Positions 30,155 to 41,360 of a stretch of 64,000 bases of DNA are shown in pieces. The notes under the pieces are model-generated. The model was not told where the DNA came from. It saw only the letters and a program-made list of their open reading frames with translations, and did not search any database. Origin of the DNA: an uncultured delta proteobacterium (GTDB lineage: Bacteria > Myxococcota > B64-G9); the NCBI GenBank assembly GCA_963754925.1, contig CAVWHX010000003.1, positions 512,001 to 576,000 on the forward strand, in the 5' to 3' direction. Each line of letters starts with the position of its first letter. Within the stretch, counting starts at the first letter, position 1. The translations under genes were made by a program, and so were the position numbers.

Positions 30155-30844
30155 CTATTCGCAGCTAAAGGTTAGCGTGCTATTTGGGTCGGAGATTTTA
30201 CAAGCCGCTTCGTTACAGACGCATTCACCGGTGCCCGTGTTACATTTGTAACCGGAACTGGTGGTAGCGGCTAAGCAGTCGGCGTCGCTCGTGCAAAGGG
30301 CAAAACAAAGGGCGAAATCGGTGCCTTGGAAAGAACCGCGGTAACACTTTTTGCTAGTGCCGCAATCGGCATCTGCCGTGCAAGCCACGCAGATGTTCCC
30401 CGAGCCACATATTTTGTCCAAAGCATTGGAGGAGCAATCGGCGTTGACCGTGCACTTGTCGCAAAAGAAATCCGATCCACACTTGCCCGTCCCGATCTTG
30501 GTCGTCGTCGAACCAACAGTATAGCTGCAGTCGGCATCCTTTGTACACTGCTTGCATGTACCCGTCGCTGTATCACAGCCCTTGGACAAACTGCCGCAAT
30601 CGGCGTCAACCTTGCATTCATTGCAGTAGTGCTTGGCGTTGCAACCATGGCCAGAACTTCCGCAATCGGCATCAACGAGACAATCAACGCACTGCCCACC
30701 TTTGTCGCAAAACGATCCCGACCCACAATCAGCATTTTTCGCGCAGGAACCGGCACAGACCTTGATCCCGCCGCCGCTGCTGGAACAAGCCATAAGTCCA
30801 AGAGACAGCACGATCGCCAGAACCAGAATTAGTGTTTTCTTCAT
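30155..30844 (-). CDS. Cys-rich lipoprotein with repeated C-xx-DADC modules
   Basis: Lipobox LMAC; about seven CxxxADC units; GAGG RBS. Confidence 0.8.
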   Translation of the reverse strand: MKKTLILVLAIVLSLGLMACSSSGGGIKVCAGSCAKNADCGSGSFCDKGGQCVDCLVDADCGSSGHGCNAKHYCNECKVDADCGSLSKGCDTATGTCKQCTKDADCSYTVGSTTTKIGTGKCGSDFFCDKCTVNADCSSNALDKICGSGNICVACTADADCGTSKKCYRGSFQGTDFALCFALCTSDADCLAATTSSGYKCNTGTGECVCNEAACKISDPNSTLTFSCE

Positions 30845-31078
30845 GTCTTTTTTCCTCCTTGTTTGTAGGGAGATCCAGAAAAAGTGGGCTCATGCCCACC
30901 ATAAAAAACAGGTATAGGAAAAACATCCCTGCTCATGCTTCGTATGCCCGTTCGTCTTCGAACGAAAGTTTTATTAAACGATGGATACGCTACCTCTCAT
31001 GTCGTTATCAAGTCAAGAGTTATAAAACATCACGAGTCGATTCGGGTAATGTTAGAAAGGATCCAAAAAGACCTTTAG

Positions 31079-31595
31079 TCATTCGCAGATCCAGGTGAGC
31101 GTGCTGCCCGGAAAGGCGTTTGCACAGGACGCGTCGTCGGTGCAGCTACACTCGCCGCTGCTACACTTGGAAACCGATCCAGCAGTCAGCATCTGTCGTG
31201 CAGCTCCTCCCGCAGGTGCCCTCCGGACCGCAGCGGAAGTCCGTGGAGTCAGGGTAACCGCAATCGGTGTCGCTTACGCACCCATTACAGAGAGAATTGT
31301 GACATTTGCCGGTCATAATACCGATGCAGTCGCCATCCACCATACACATCTTGTTGCACTGGCCTGAAACCGTGTTACAACCGCCTGCGAATGGGCAGTC
31401 ATCATCGGTCAAACACTGCACACATTCCTTCGTTCCCAGGGTGTCGCATATCAATTCTTGGGAGCAGTCTGCGGTCGTCGTGCACAGACCCTTACAGACC
31501 TTGGTTCGGCTACTGTTGGAACAGGCTGCAAGCCATATCAGAAGCGACATCAGCAGAATCGGCATGATGGTGCTCTTCACGTTTTTTTTCTCCAA
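31079..31595 (-). CDS. Paralogous Cys-rich lipoprotein (apparent frameshift near 31171)
   Basis: Lipobox LAAC; KVCKGLC parallels KVCAGSC; corrected C-terminus ...GECSC...STLTWICE parallels ...GECVC...STLTFSCE of the neighbour. Confidence 0.72.
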
Positions 31596-31785
31596 AAAAT
31601 TGAACGCACGTTTCTTGGAACGTTAATGTATTTTCCTATGAATCCTGATCACCAGATGCCATAACGTAACGTGCAAACTGGCTCACCGTCAAGGGATATA
31701 AAGCGACCGAAAAAGTTTAATGGGTAAACTGATTTCAAGTGGCGTGACTATATCGTTATCGACTGATAATATAAAAATTATAACG

Positions 31786-32775
31786 TTATTGCGCAACGAG
31801 ATCAAAAGCTTGCCGCGTCAGTTCCGACGGCAGTAAATGGATCTTCATCTGTTCTGTTAATTCAGGCAACGCAAAATATTGCGCCGACGCAACCGCGGCA
31901 ATCTCAAAGGTACCGTCAGAATGTACCGTAGCTATTCCACCGGTACTCCAGAAAAACATCAATCGAGGATTCCTCCCCCTTTTTCGCTCTGGTCGGCCAA
32001 AGAAAATCATCTTCTCGCCGATTCGAACATCTCTCAAAAAAGTAACTTCCAGATTGACCGTTACGCCACCCTGGCCTGCGATGAAAAACCCGCCCCACCC
32101 CATGGTCTCATCAAGCAGGGCGATCAGCGCGAGAGGATGCACAAACGCGCCCCGCCTAAACCAGAAGAAATCATCCCTATCCCTTTGCGTAAACCCGACT
32201 TTCGAAAAAACCAATCTTTTCGAGCTGTTGGTTACGAGGTGAAACTCCCTGTTCAATCCCGGATAGGTGCGCTCATTGCCGCATACCAGACAGCGTTTGT
32301 ACCGGGGCAGGGTAACGATGGGACGTTCCAACGCGCGAAAATTATCCGGAAGGTACGATCGGATATGGTTCTCCAGTTCAACCGAACCGGTATGATAAGA
32401 AACACTCGCCTCGATGTAGGGATCCTTTTGCCCATGAAGAAGTATCTTGGCATGCGCCCCACGGTCGACTTCACTGACCGTAACGTCTACCGCATCCCCA
32501 ATTTTTACTCGTGCCCCACCGAGACGATAATTAACATTAAGTGGAAAACAACCCTGGGCATCATCCGGAAAGTTGGGAAGACCCTGCATGAGCTCCAGAA
32601 TGGCGCCCATGCCAATGCCACCGTGGGGAATCCCAATCCATCCCTCCGTGTGTTCCCCCATATCTATTACCGCGTGAATACGTGCTCGGTCTTCCGAATA
32701 CTGAAATCCTCTGATGAGAAACCCATTCTCTGAACATCCGATACAGCCACGATGATTGGGGACGGTGTATTCCAC
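31786..32775 (-). CDS. Double hot-dog fold thioesterase-like protein
   Basis: Two PaaI-like halves: CIGC...EGWIGIPHGG and CLVCG...LLDETMGW...VTVNLEVTFLR. Confidence 0.7.
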   Translation of the reverse strand: MEYTVPNHRGCIGCSENGFLIRGFQYSEDRARIHAVIDMGEHTEGWIGIPHGGIGMGAILELMQGLPNFPDDAQGCFPLNVNYRLGGARVKIGDAVDVTVSEVDRGAHAKILLHGQKDPYIEASVSYHTGSVELENHIRSYLPDNFRALERPIVTLPRYKRCLVCGNERTYPGLNREFHLVTNSSKRLVFSKVGFTQRDRDDFFWFRRGAFVHPLALIALLDETMGWGGFFIAGQGGVTVNLEVTFLRDVRIGEKMIFFGRPERKRGRNPRLMFFWSTGGIATVHSDGTFEIAAVASAQYFALPELTEQMKIHLLPSELTRQAFDLVAQ

Positions 32776-32793
32776 AGAGCGGCTCCTGCCTGG

Positions 32794-33387
32794 CTATTCC
32801 CACGTAGCAACAATGACGGCGCTGTGCGTATCTTCAGACAACTGCTCCAACAGTACCTGCCCGTGCACCCCGCTAAACGGTATAATACCCTGTAAGAATG
32901 CGGCGACGCTAACCATGCAAATTCGACTTCTTGCCATAACGAGAGGCAACTCGTTGAAAATGATCTGGATTTTTTTGGGTCCTGTCTTATTTATAGATAC
33001 CTCTCCGCAATTGCGGTACATACTTTTCCATAGATGAGGGCCCAGTTGAAGCATGGTCCCCGGTCCGGTTTTAAATAGATTGAGAGCAACCCGAATAAAG
33101 GGACTTATCATCGACGAGGTTATCGAGTTATTGAATGTTTTCAAACCCCAGTTGTAAACCCCTTGTTCACCAACCTCGGCCTTCACGCACTCGCATAGTT
33201 CTATTTTGAATTCAATCGGTACCCAATCCTCATCCTTGGTGTCGAAAATTGCCTGAATCGTTGTCTTTGAAAAACGTTGCAAAATCCGGTCTCTCACTGA
33301 CGGGCCAAACGACTCCAACGCCTGAAGCCTGTTTTTCATCTGCCGGCAGCGGATTTCGGGTTGCCTGTCTGATGACGCCACCGTCAA
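32794..33387 (-). CDS. DUF2378-like hypothetical protein
   Basis: WVP, LWKSMYRNCG, C-terminal ATWE; similar layout to 24993-25583. Confidence 0.55.
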   Translation of the reverse strand: MTVASSDRQPEIRCRQMKNRLQALESFGPSVRDRILQRFSKTTIQAIFDTKDEDWVPIEFKIELCECVKAEVGEQGVYNWGLKTFNNSITSSMISPFIRVALNLFKTGPGTMLQLGPHLWKSMYRNCGEVSINKTGPKKIQIIFNELPLVMARSRICMVSVAAFLQGIIPFSGVHGQVLLEQLSEDTHSAVIVATWE

Positions 33388-33394
33388 CTCCTGC

Positions 33395-34780
33395 TCACGG
33401 TATTATCAAACGCACTCGATTAGCCGCGGTGTCGACGACAAACAGGCTGCCATTTGGCCCGGCGGCAACATCCATGGGAGAGAGAAAGCGAGCCTTACCA
33501 AGGGGGCCATCGATTGCTTTGGCCTCGGTCGGCGAGCCATAGAGGGTCCGCACCACCCCCTGGGGCGTAACCAGCCGTAGTACCCCATTACCAGAATCCG
33601 CCACGATAATATTACCCGACTTATCGAACGCTATTCCATGGGGAAAAGAAAACTTTGCTCTGGCGCCGGGACCATCGGCAAAACCGCCCACCCCGAGCTG
33701 GGTGTCCGAGGTTCCCGCCAGGGTGGTCACCGTACCGTTTTCACCCTTGGTTAGGTCAAGCCGCCGAATGCGGCAGTTGAACGACTCGGAGATATAGATA
33801 ATTCCTTTTTTATCAACCAAGACGGCCTGGGGTTGATTGAAACGCGCCTTCAGGGCCGGCCCGTCCAAGAAACCGATTTGTCCAACGCCCTCTTCTACTT
33901 CAACCGGACCCACGCCGGCGATGGTGGTAACCCGGTTATTCGGCGAGATTCGCCGAATGCGAGCGTTGCCCTGATCAACCACTATCAAGGACCCGTCCGG
34001 CGCCAATGCCACATCGCTGGGGCAGTAGAAGCGAGCGTTCTCGAGGGAGCCATCGGCATATTGATTGGTGTTCTTGGTTAGCCCGCTGCATAAACCGGCC
34101 AACGTGGAAACGGTGCCCGCCGGGCTGACCTTTCGCAAACAGTTGTTCTTACAGTCCGCGACGACCATATTGCCGTCGGGCAACTTCGTCAATCCCTCGG
34201 GGAACGAAAAACGCGCTTCCGGCCCCGGGCCGTCGGCATAGTTTGCGATTGGGTTGCCCGCCAAGACCTTGGCCTTGCCGTCGAGCGTTATTTTCCATAG
34301 GCGGTGGTTGTCGGTAACCAGCACGAATCCAGCCGGGTCGTAAAAAATCGAGCGAGGACCGTCGAGCAACGCAGCAGCCGCAGTACCTACGGTTGCGATG
34401 CCAAAGAGAGTCCCAACACATCCCGTTAGCCCCTCATTGTTTCGCCCATCGCAGTTATTGTCGACATCGTCGCACAGTTCGGGTTTTCCGGGAGCAATGT
34501 CCTTGTTGGTGTCGTCGCAGTCCAGGGGTGTGCCCGCAGGACAACCATCCCCCGCAAAAAACCCGTCGCCATCCTTATCCTCGCAAACTTTGGGCCGCTC
34601 TGCCTCCTGGCGCTGGTTGAGAAGCTGCGCGCGCTCCTTAATGCCGACGCATTTGTCTTCGAAACAAACGTTGGCGCCAGGGCATTGGGAATCCTTGTCG
34701 CAGGTGCCCTCCTTGCGGCTACATCCAACCAAGAACACCAACAATGCACCCATTACAAACAAATACCTGAATCGTTGCAT
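33395..34780 (-). CDS. Lipoprotein with MopE-related metal-binding motif and NHL-repeat propeller
   Basis: Lipobox LVGC; DKDGDGF...DCDD...PGKPELCDDVDNNCDG; repeated ADG...ARF..P units. Confidence 0.85.
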   Translation of the reverse strand: MQRFRYLFVMGALLVFLVGCSRKEGTCDKDSQCPGANVCFEDKCVGIKERAQLLNQRQEAERPKVCEDKDGDGFFAGDGCPAGTPLDCDDTNKDIAPGKPELCDDVDNNCDGRNNEGLTGCVGTLFGIATVGTAAAALLDGPRSIFYDPAGFVLVTDNHRLWKITLDGKAKVLAGNPIANYADGPGPEARFSFPEGLTKLPDGNMVVADCKNNCLRKVSPAGTVSTLAGLCSGLTKNTNQYADGSLENARFYCPSDVALAPDGSLIVVDQGNARIRRISPNNRVTTIAGVGPVEVEEGVGQIGFLDGPALKARFNQPQAVLVDKKGIIYISESFNCRIRRLDLTKGENGTVTTLAGTSDTQLGVGGFADGPGARAKFSFPHGIAFDKSGNIIVADSGNGVLRLVTPQGVVRTLYGSPTEAKAIDGPLGKARFLSPMDVAAGPNGSLFVVDTAANRVRLIIP

Positions 34781-34840
34781 AGGAACCTCACGACACGTGT
34801 TTGAACATGAAGATAGGATAGGCGCGCCGACCTGTCAACC

Positions 34841-34921
34841 TAAGAGCCCGTTAGCGAACGAAGTGAGCTTACGGGCTCTTATCCCCGAAGGGGATTAGAG
34901 ATTTTTTTCAATCTCTTGTCC
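34841..34921 (-). repeat. Two tandem family A elements (one full, one internally shortened)
   Basis: Minus strand GGACAAGAGATTGAAAAAAATCTCTAA followed by CCCCTTCGGGGATAAGAGCCCGTAAGCTCACTTCGTTCGCTAACGGGCTCTTA. Confidence 0.75.
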
Positions 34922-34964
34922 TGCAGACGACTATTTAGTTAGAATAGGTAATCTGGAGGGCATC

Positions 34965-35387
34965 ATGGCGGCAATAAAGCGCTGCGCCGGTTGTCTCACG
35001 ATATATGATGAAAACCATTGGGGCTACCATCGCGAGACCTGTCCTGCCTGTGGCGGCAAGCTGTATGTTCCCACGGCTGATGCGGGCGGACCAGCTCAGG
35101 AGCACTATGATTCGTCGGTCGATATTAGATTCGACCTTTCCAACCTGCTGACGCCTGAGCAACGGCGTGAGGTACTGGCAATTTTCCTCATCGGCTCGGC
35201 GCTTCTGGTATTCGCCTGCCTGCTGCGATTACTGTTTGTGGTGCTGGGCGGCAGGGAAGGTTTCTGGAAGGTGCCGCTCTGGCTCGACGGCATCGTTGCC
35301 CTGATGCTGGGGCTCGGCGTCCTGATGATATTCTGGTCGACCCGTAAATGGTGGCTGCACCTTCGAGATACCCGCCACACCCGATAA
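34965..35387 (+). CDS. Small zinc-ribbon membrane protein
   Basis: CAGC...CPAC then two hydrophobic helices; GGAGG RBS. Confidence 0.65.
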   Translation: MAAIKRCAGCLTIYDENHWGYHRETCPACGGKLYVPTADAGGPAQEHYDSSVDIRFDLSNLLTPEQRREVLAIFLIGSALLVFACLLRLLFVVLGGREGFWKVPLWLDGIVALMLGLGVLMIFWSTRKWWLHLRDTRHTR

Positions 35388-35394
35388 CGTACCT

Positions 35395-35793
35395 TCACCG
35401 CGATGATCGGCCGTTTTTCGTGCCACTCTTCTTTTGATGTTGTTGCCTGCCGCCGAGCCGACGCAATTCTTCGATATACCGAGTATGGTCGAGCGGGCGT
35501 TTATCCCTCAGCATCTGGATGGCTTCATCGGCCATCACGGCTGCGATGGCATGGATCGCCTCGTGGCGGCTTTTCCCGCGCCCTTGCAGGCGCATCAGGG
35601 CGTGCACGATTTCCGGCGGCTCTTTTCTTTCGAGCTGACGCTCGACCAGGGCATGGAGGAGCACGTGAACCTTCAACCCTTTCTCATCCAGCCCCGGTGG
35701 CGGATTGATCATATGCTCATCAAGAATCTCCGTCGGAGATTTCAGGATGCGTTCTTTGGTTGAGCGTTGCGGTGGATAGGCGGGTTTGGTCAT
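35395..35793 (-). CDS. DUF1841-like hypothetical protein
   Basis: HVLLHALVERQL...RHEAIHAI; AAGGAG RBS before ATG 35793. Confidence 0.6.
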   Translation of the reverse strand: MTKPAYPPQRSTKERILKSPTEILDEHMINPPPGLDEKGLKVHVLLHALVERQLERKEPPEIVHALMRLQGRGKSRHEAIHAIAAVMADEAIQMLRDKRPLDHTRYIEELRRLGGRQQHQKKSGTKNGRSSR

Positions 35794-35900
35794 GGAATTG
35801 CTCCTTCCAGCGATTGATATCTTAAACCCTAGACAGATAGGTTGTCGAGTGGTAGCACTCCTCAGGAAATTATTCGAGCATCTGGACGATGGAGGGTGGT

Positions 35901-37959
35901 ATGTCCATACGAAACACCGTGTTTCTGATAGCCGTGATTGGTACGGGAAGTTGGCTCGCTTTTGACGCACCTGCTGCGCAAGAATCGGCTAAACAAGGAG
36001 GTCAACCGATGGTTCTCGGCGAGAACGATGTCATGGCGGTGATCGGTCAGTTGCAGGCGAAATTTGGTGCCGCCGAAAAAGCCAGGATCGAGCGCGGCGT
36101 CAACCAGGTGGCCCGGCTCTGGCGCCAGACCGATGGCACTGCCGAGGCGTTCGCAAAATTCTGCGCCGAGAATTATGCGACCGGTAAAGACCTCGACGCC
36201 ATCTTTGAGCGCTTTGAGGCCAAGCTTGAGCAGATAGGCGGAGCGTTCAACACCTTGAAGCTCGCCCTGCGCTTGCAGCTTGACGAGGATACCGGGCCGC
36301 TGCTGCCCGTTGATCGGATGTTCGCCGAGTTTAACCCTGCCGCCCACCTTCAAGAGGACCTGTTCCAATCCAAGTTGGCCTTCCTGGTGCTGCTCAATTT
36401 CCCCATACGCAGCTTGGACGAATGCCTCAGGAAACGGCGATAGGTGGACTCGCCGGCAGTGGGCCGAAGTCCGCCTGGCCCAGGAGTACCTTTCGCGGGT
36501 CCCGGCCGACGTAACCCAGACCCTCACCACGGCGTACGCCGATGCCGATGCCTATGTAACCAACCTCGTCGTCCTGATGGACCACGTTGTTGGCGCAGAC
36601 GGCAAGCCATTGTTTCGCGAGGGTCTGAAGCTTATCAGCCACTGGGGCCTGCGCGACGAATTGAAAGCGTTATACGTCGACCCGGCCGGCAATTTTTTGA
36701 AGCAAAAAACCATCCAGACGATCATGGAGCGAATCCTCACGCAGGAGATTCCCGCCACCGTCTACGGCAACCCCGCCGCGTACTGGGATCCCGTTGCCAA
36801 TACGGTCAACGGTAAGCAAGCTCCTGCCGAGCCGGACACCCGCTTTGCCAAACTGTTGGCGATCTTCAAAGCGCATAGGCAAGAGGATGCGTTCTACCCC
36901 ACCATGCCCACCCTCATCGACAGACGCTTTCAACGCGATCGGGAGATACCCGAGGCAACGGTTGCCGCGCTCCTCGAAACCGTTCTCAAAGCGCCCATCG
37001 CATCCGCGGTGGCGCAGGTGATCGAGAAACGCCTTTCCCGCAAACTGCAACCGTTCGACATTTGGTACGACGGCTTCAAGGCGCGCGGCACCATATCCGA
37101 AGAGGAGCTCGATGCGGCAGTGCGTGGACGCTATTCCAACCTGGAAGCCTTTCACCAGAATATCCCCGACATCTTAGGGAAACTGGGTTTTGACCCGCAG
37201 ACCGCTGCCTTCTTGGCTGCAACCATCGAGGTCGACCCGGCCCGCGGCTCGGGTCACGCCTGGGGACCGTTCATGCGCACCGAGAAAGCCCACCTGCGCA
37301 CCCGCGTTCCGGAACACGGCATGAACTACAAGGGGTTCAACGTCGCCATGCACGAGCTCGGCCACAATGTCGAGCAAGTTTTTTCGCTGTATCGGCTTGA
37401 CCACACCCTGCTGCAGGGCGTACCGAACACCGCGTTTACCGAGGGATTCGCCTTTGTCTTCCAAGCCCGCGACTTGGAAGTGCTCGGCCTCTCGAAGCCG
37501 GATGCCAAGGCCGATGCAGCAAAGACCCTCGATGCGTTCTGGGCCACCCGCGAGATCGCCGGCGTCGGTCTGGTCGACATGCGCGTGTGGCGCTGGATGT
37601 ACGCGCACCCCGACGCCACACCGGAACAACTGCGTAAGCAGGTTACGGCTATCGCCAACGAAGTGTGGAACACCTATTACGCTCCCGTGATGGGGGTCAA
37701 GGATAGTCCGATCTTGGCGGTTTACTCCCATATGATAAACAACGGGCTTTACTTACCGGATTATCCCATCGGCCACCTGATAGCGTTTCAAATTGAGGAT
37801 TACTTCAAAAGCCACCCGCTCGCCAAGGAGATGGAGCGCATGTGCAGCCAAGGGCGCCTTGCCCCGAACCTGTGGATGAAGCAGGCCATCGGCGCGCCGA
37901 TTTCATCAAAACCGCTGCTGGATGCCGTCAAAAAAGCTCTGCGCTTAATTGAGCAGTAA
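35901..37959 (+). CDS. Secreted zinc metallopeptidase-like protein (apparent frameshift near 36432)
   Basis: Signal peptide; HELGH plus downstream NTAFTEG (gluzincin-type third ligand); late H/Y motif YSHMI...YPIGH. Confidence 0.7.
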
Positions 37960-37983
37960 ATAAACTCGACGAAAGGTAATACC

Positions 37984-38465
37984 ATGAAACACACAATACT
38001 GTTCATTTCGTTCGTCCTCGTCGCAGCGCTTGCGGCGGGTTGTGCATCGAAGGCTGGGAAATCGGCTTCCGAGACAAAAGACCGAGAATCCGCGGCGAAG
38101 CAACTGGATAAAGCTAAAACCGAAACCAAAGAGGCGGTGCAGGCGGCACGGGACTACGCCTACGCGGAGAAGAAGACGAATTCGTCGCCAAGATGAAAAA
38201 AGAGCTAGCCGAGATCCAAAATGAATTGGATCAGCTGTCCGCCAAGATCGACAAATCCAGCGGTGCGGTGAAGGCCGACGCCAAAACCCAACTCGAAGCG
38301 CTGCGCGAGAAATGGGCCCAGGCGAAGAAGCAACTTGACCAAGCCGAGAGTTCCACCGAGTCGACCTGGGAGAAGGTCAAAGACAACCTCAAGAAGTACT
38401 ACGGCGAGTTGAAGGACTCGTTGGAGAAGACTCGTCGGTGGTTAAGCGACAAGATCAAGCCCTGA
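37984..38465 (+). CDS. Coiled-coil lipoprotein (apparent frameshift near 38173)
   Basis: Lipobox AAGC; adding one base gives EKKDEFVAKMKKEL..., joining both ORFs. Confidence 0.7.
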
Positions 38466-38560
38466 GGCGGTCCGAACCTTTGCACACAAGCACAGATTTA
38501 GTATGTGTGCCGGTAACGCCAATCAAAGTAACCGATGTTCCATTCCGAAGGGGAATAGAT

Positions 38561-38998
38561 ATGACAGAATTAGAACCGGTAAAATCTCGACAGATTTTTA
38601 TGGGAAAGCTCGGGTATGGCTGCGACTTATTAGAGGAACTCACCAAGGTAGCAGCTGAGCGTGGGGTCAGGCTCGGACGAATCGAAGCGATAGGCGCGGT
38701 ACAAAAAGCAAGGATAGGTTTTTATAATCGGCAAACCCGAACATACCAGTTTTCTTCTTTCGATCATGAAATGGAGATTACCAAATTAGCCGGCAATATA
38801 TCTGTCAAAGATGGAAATCCATTTGTACATGCGCACATAACATTAGCCGATGTGGAAGGTAATGCATATGGCGGACACCTTGCAACCGGTACAATAGTAC
38901 TTGCCTGCGAGTTCCTTCTTGAAGCGTTTGACGGCCCAGTTTTTGATCGACGCTTTGATGAAGAAACAGGTTTATCTTTATGGGTAGTGTCGAAATGA
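38561..38998 (+). CDS. PPC/DUF296 domain protein
   Basis: AIGAV, EITKLAGNIS, HAHITL, GGHL, C-terminal DEETGLSLW. Confidence 0.88.
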   Translation: MTELEPVKSRQIFMGKLGYGCDLLEELTKVAAERGVRLGRIEAIGAVQKARIGFYNRQTRTYQFSSFDHEMEITKLAGNISVKDGNPFVHAHITLADVEGNAYGGHLATGTIVLACEFLLEAFDGPVFDRRFDEETGLSLWVVSK

Positions 38999-39000
38999 TA

Positions 39001-39390
39001 TCAACCACCCGCAGCCTCTTTAATCTCGAAGAGATTACCGTCACGGTCCCGGACAAAGATTACCTCCGTATCCCCTCTGGGCACGCGCAGGACGGGGACA
39101 TCCATTGCGCGGGCCCGGGCAAGCAATGCGTCGGGGTCCGTGACGTTGAGGCAGACGTGGGCGATGGGGCCTACCTCCTCTCCCTCGCCGTCATGGATAA
39201 AAACCTCAACCTGGAGCGCGTCTCCGGAGAAATCGAAGAGTTCGAGACCTTCGTCGATGTTGAACAAGGGCTTGGTGATTGCGGAGGGAATCAGCTTTTT
39301 CTCGGATTTCTTCAGGCCCAAAAAATCTCCATAGAACCGATCCGCGTTTTGTTCCGAACTGCAGACCAGCCCGACGTGTCGGATGTTCAT
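39001..39390 (-). CDS. VOC/glyoxalase family protein
   Basis: IRHVGL, FYGDFLGL, AHVCL, FVRDRDGNLFE. Confidence 0.85.
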   Translation of the reverse strand: MNIRHVGLVCSSEQNADRFYGDFLGLKKSEKKLIPSAITKPLFNIDEGLELFDFSGDALQVEVFIHDGEGEEVGPIAHVCLNVTDPDALLARARAMDVPVLRVPRGDTEVIFVRDRDGNLFEIKEAAGG

Positions 39391-40411
39391 CTATATCTCC
39401 GCATGCGGCTTAATCGATGACTTTAATGGCCTCGTGCCCGCCGATTACCAACCGGAAGCCATTGGCGATCTCCCGCAAGGGGAGCCGGTGCGTGATTAGG
39501 GAATCCACGTCTATCTCATGGGCGGCCAGAAGCCGCATCGATTCCTGGATGTCCGCAGGTCCGCAGTAGTAGGAGGTGAGGATGCGGATTTCCTTGGTCC
39601 AGAAATCGGTGATGGGGAGAACCACGCGTTTCTCAGGCCCGGGCACGGCGAAAAACACCACTGCCCCGCCCTTGTCTACTGAGGCCCAAGCCTGCTCCAC
39701 AGCCGCCAGCGCGGACGTGCAGAGAATCACGACGTCGGCTTTCTTATGAAGGTATTCCGAGAGCTTTGCCGGGACGTACTCCGCGGCCGGGATGGTCAGG
39801 TCCGCTCCGAACCTGTCCGCGTACGTCCTTTTTTTCTGATCGATGTCCGTGGCCACAACCAGGCAGTGTTTCTTTTTCGCAAGCTGGATCTGGAGCAGCC
39901 CGGACATCCCGCAGCCCAAGACTAGCACGGACTGGCCTTCTTTAAGCCCCGCCAGCCTCTGCGCCCTGACGACGCAGGCCAGGGGCTCGATGAAGGTAGC
40001 CTGATCATAGGAGATGGAATCCGGTAGTAGATAGGCGCCTCTCTCAACCAGGACCTCAGGGACAAGTATATATTCAGCGAATCCGCCCGGCAGCCGCTCC
40101 TTCACCTCCGCGCACTGCGGAAAATGACCGTCGCGACAGTACCCGCACTGAAGGCAGGGGACTTTCGGGGCGATGAAGACCCGATCACCCGGCGCAAAGC
40201 GCGTTACTTCGGAGCCAACCTCGGTGACCTCGGCCCCGACCTCGTGCCCCTGGACGAGCGGCGCCCGGGGCAGCCGATACCACTCGACTACGTCGCTGCC
40301 GCAGATTCCACAGGAGACGACCTTGACCGTCATTTCCCGGGGACCGGGCCGTCGCAACGAAGCCTCCTCTATGCGGATGTCATGGTTGTTGTACCATGTG
40401 GCGACTTTCAT
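39391..40411 (-). CDS. Zinc-dependent (sorbitol/iditol-type) dehydrogenase; last codons apparently frameshifted
   Basis: CGICGSD, GHE, CxxCxxC...C, GCGMSG; as given it stops at 39410, removing one base gives a ...IKPHAEI end abutting the VOC ATG. Confidence 0.88.
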
Positions 40412-40431
40412 GGATCTCCCCGCGCCGCCCT

Positions 40432-41334
40432 CTAGGTGCGCTCGTTCTCTGCCTTGCTCTTGAGCGTCCGGTACAAATCCAGGGCTTTCTCGGGTTTGAG
40501 GTTGTTATGCACTACCTCGCGCACCGCCTGGATCATGGCGACGGGTGAACCGCTCTGGAAGATGTTCCTGCCCATGTCCACCCCCGCCGCACCCTGCTGG
40601 ACGGCGTTGTGCGCCATCTTCAGGGCATCGAGCTCGGGGAGCTTCTTCCCCCCCGCCATAACGATGGGGACGGGACAGGACGAGGTGACGGTCTCAAATC
40701 CCTCTTCCACGTAGTAGGTCTTCACAAAGTGCGCTCCCAGCTCCGCGCAGATGCGGCAGGCCAGCCGGAAGTATTGAGCGTCCCGCTTCATGTCCTTGCC
40801 CACCGCGGTCACCCCCATCACCGGCATGCCGTGGCGCACGCCGAGGTCCACCAGCTTCGTCAGGTTGTGCACCGAACGCGTCTCGAACTCCCCGCCGATG
40901 AAGACCTGGATGCCCACCCCGCAGGCGTTGAGTCTGAGGGCGTCCTCCATGTCCATCGCGATCTCTTCATTGGAAAGGTCCTTCAATACGCTCGGCCCGC
41001 CGCTTGCCCGCAGGACCATCGGCCTCTGACTCTCGGGAGGCACCATCGTGCGCAGGACGCCCCGCGTGCAGAAGAGTGCGTCGCAGTAAGGGATCAAGGG
41101 CACGATGGTCAGGTCGATCCGCTCCAGGCCGGTGGTCGGCCCCTGAAAGTATCCATGATCGACGGCGAGCATCACCGTGCGGCCGCTCTCAGGGTTGAAG
41201 GTGCGCGCCAGGCGGTTCTTCATCCCCCAATCGTACGACCCGGCTCCCTTCAGGAAGAACCCCGGCGTCTTCTGGGGCACGTCGGCGTGGTACTGCTTCT
41301 CCTTTTTGCTGTCATCGGCTTCGGGCATGGGCAA
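40432..41334 (-). CDS. lsrF: LsrF-type thiolase/class I aldolase
   Basis: [53 protein letters not shown]. Confidence 0.9.
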   Translation of the reverse strand: MPMPEADDSKKEKQYHADVPQKTPGFFLKGAGSYDWGMKNRLARTFNPESGRTVMLAVDHGYFQGPTTGLERIDLTIVPLIPYCDALFCTRGVLRTMVPPESQRPMVLRASGGPSVLKDLSNEEIAMDMEDALRLNACGVGIQVFIGGEFETRSVHNLTKLVDLGVRHGMPVMGVTAVGKDMKRDAQYFRLACRICAELGAHFVKTYYVEEGFETVTSSCPVPIVMAGGKKLPELDALKMAHNAVQQGAAGVDMGRNIFQSGSPVAMIQAVREVVHNNLKPEKALDLYRTLKSKAENERT

Positions 41335-41360
41335 TGTTCCTTTCAGCGGCTAAGGTTAAT

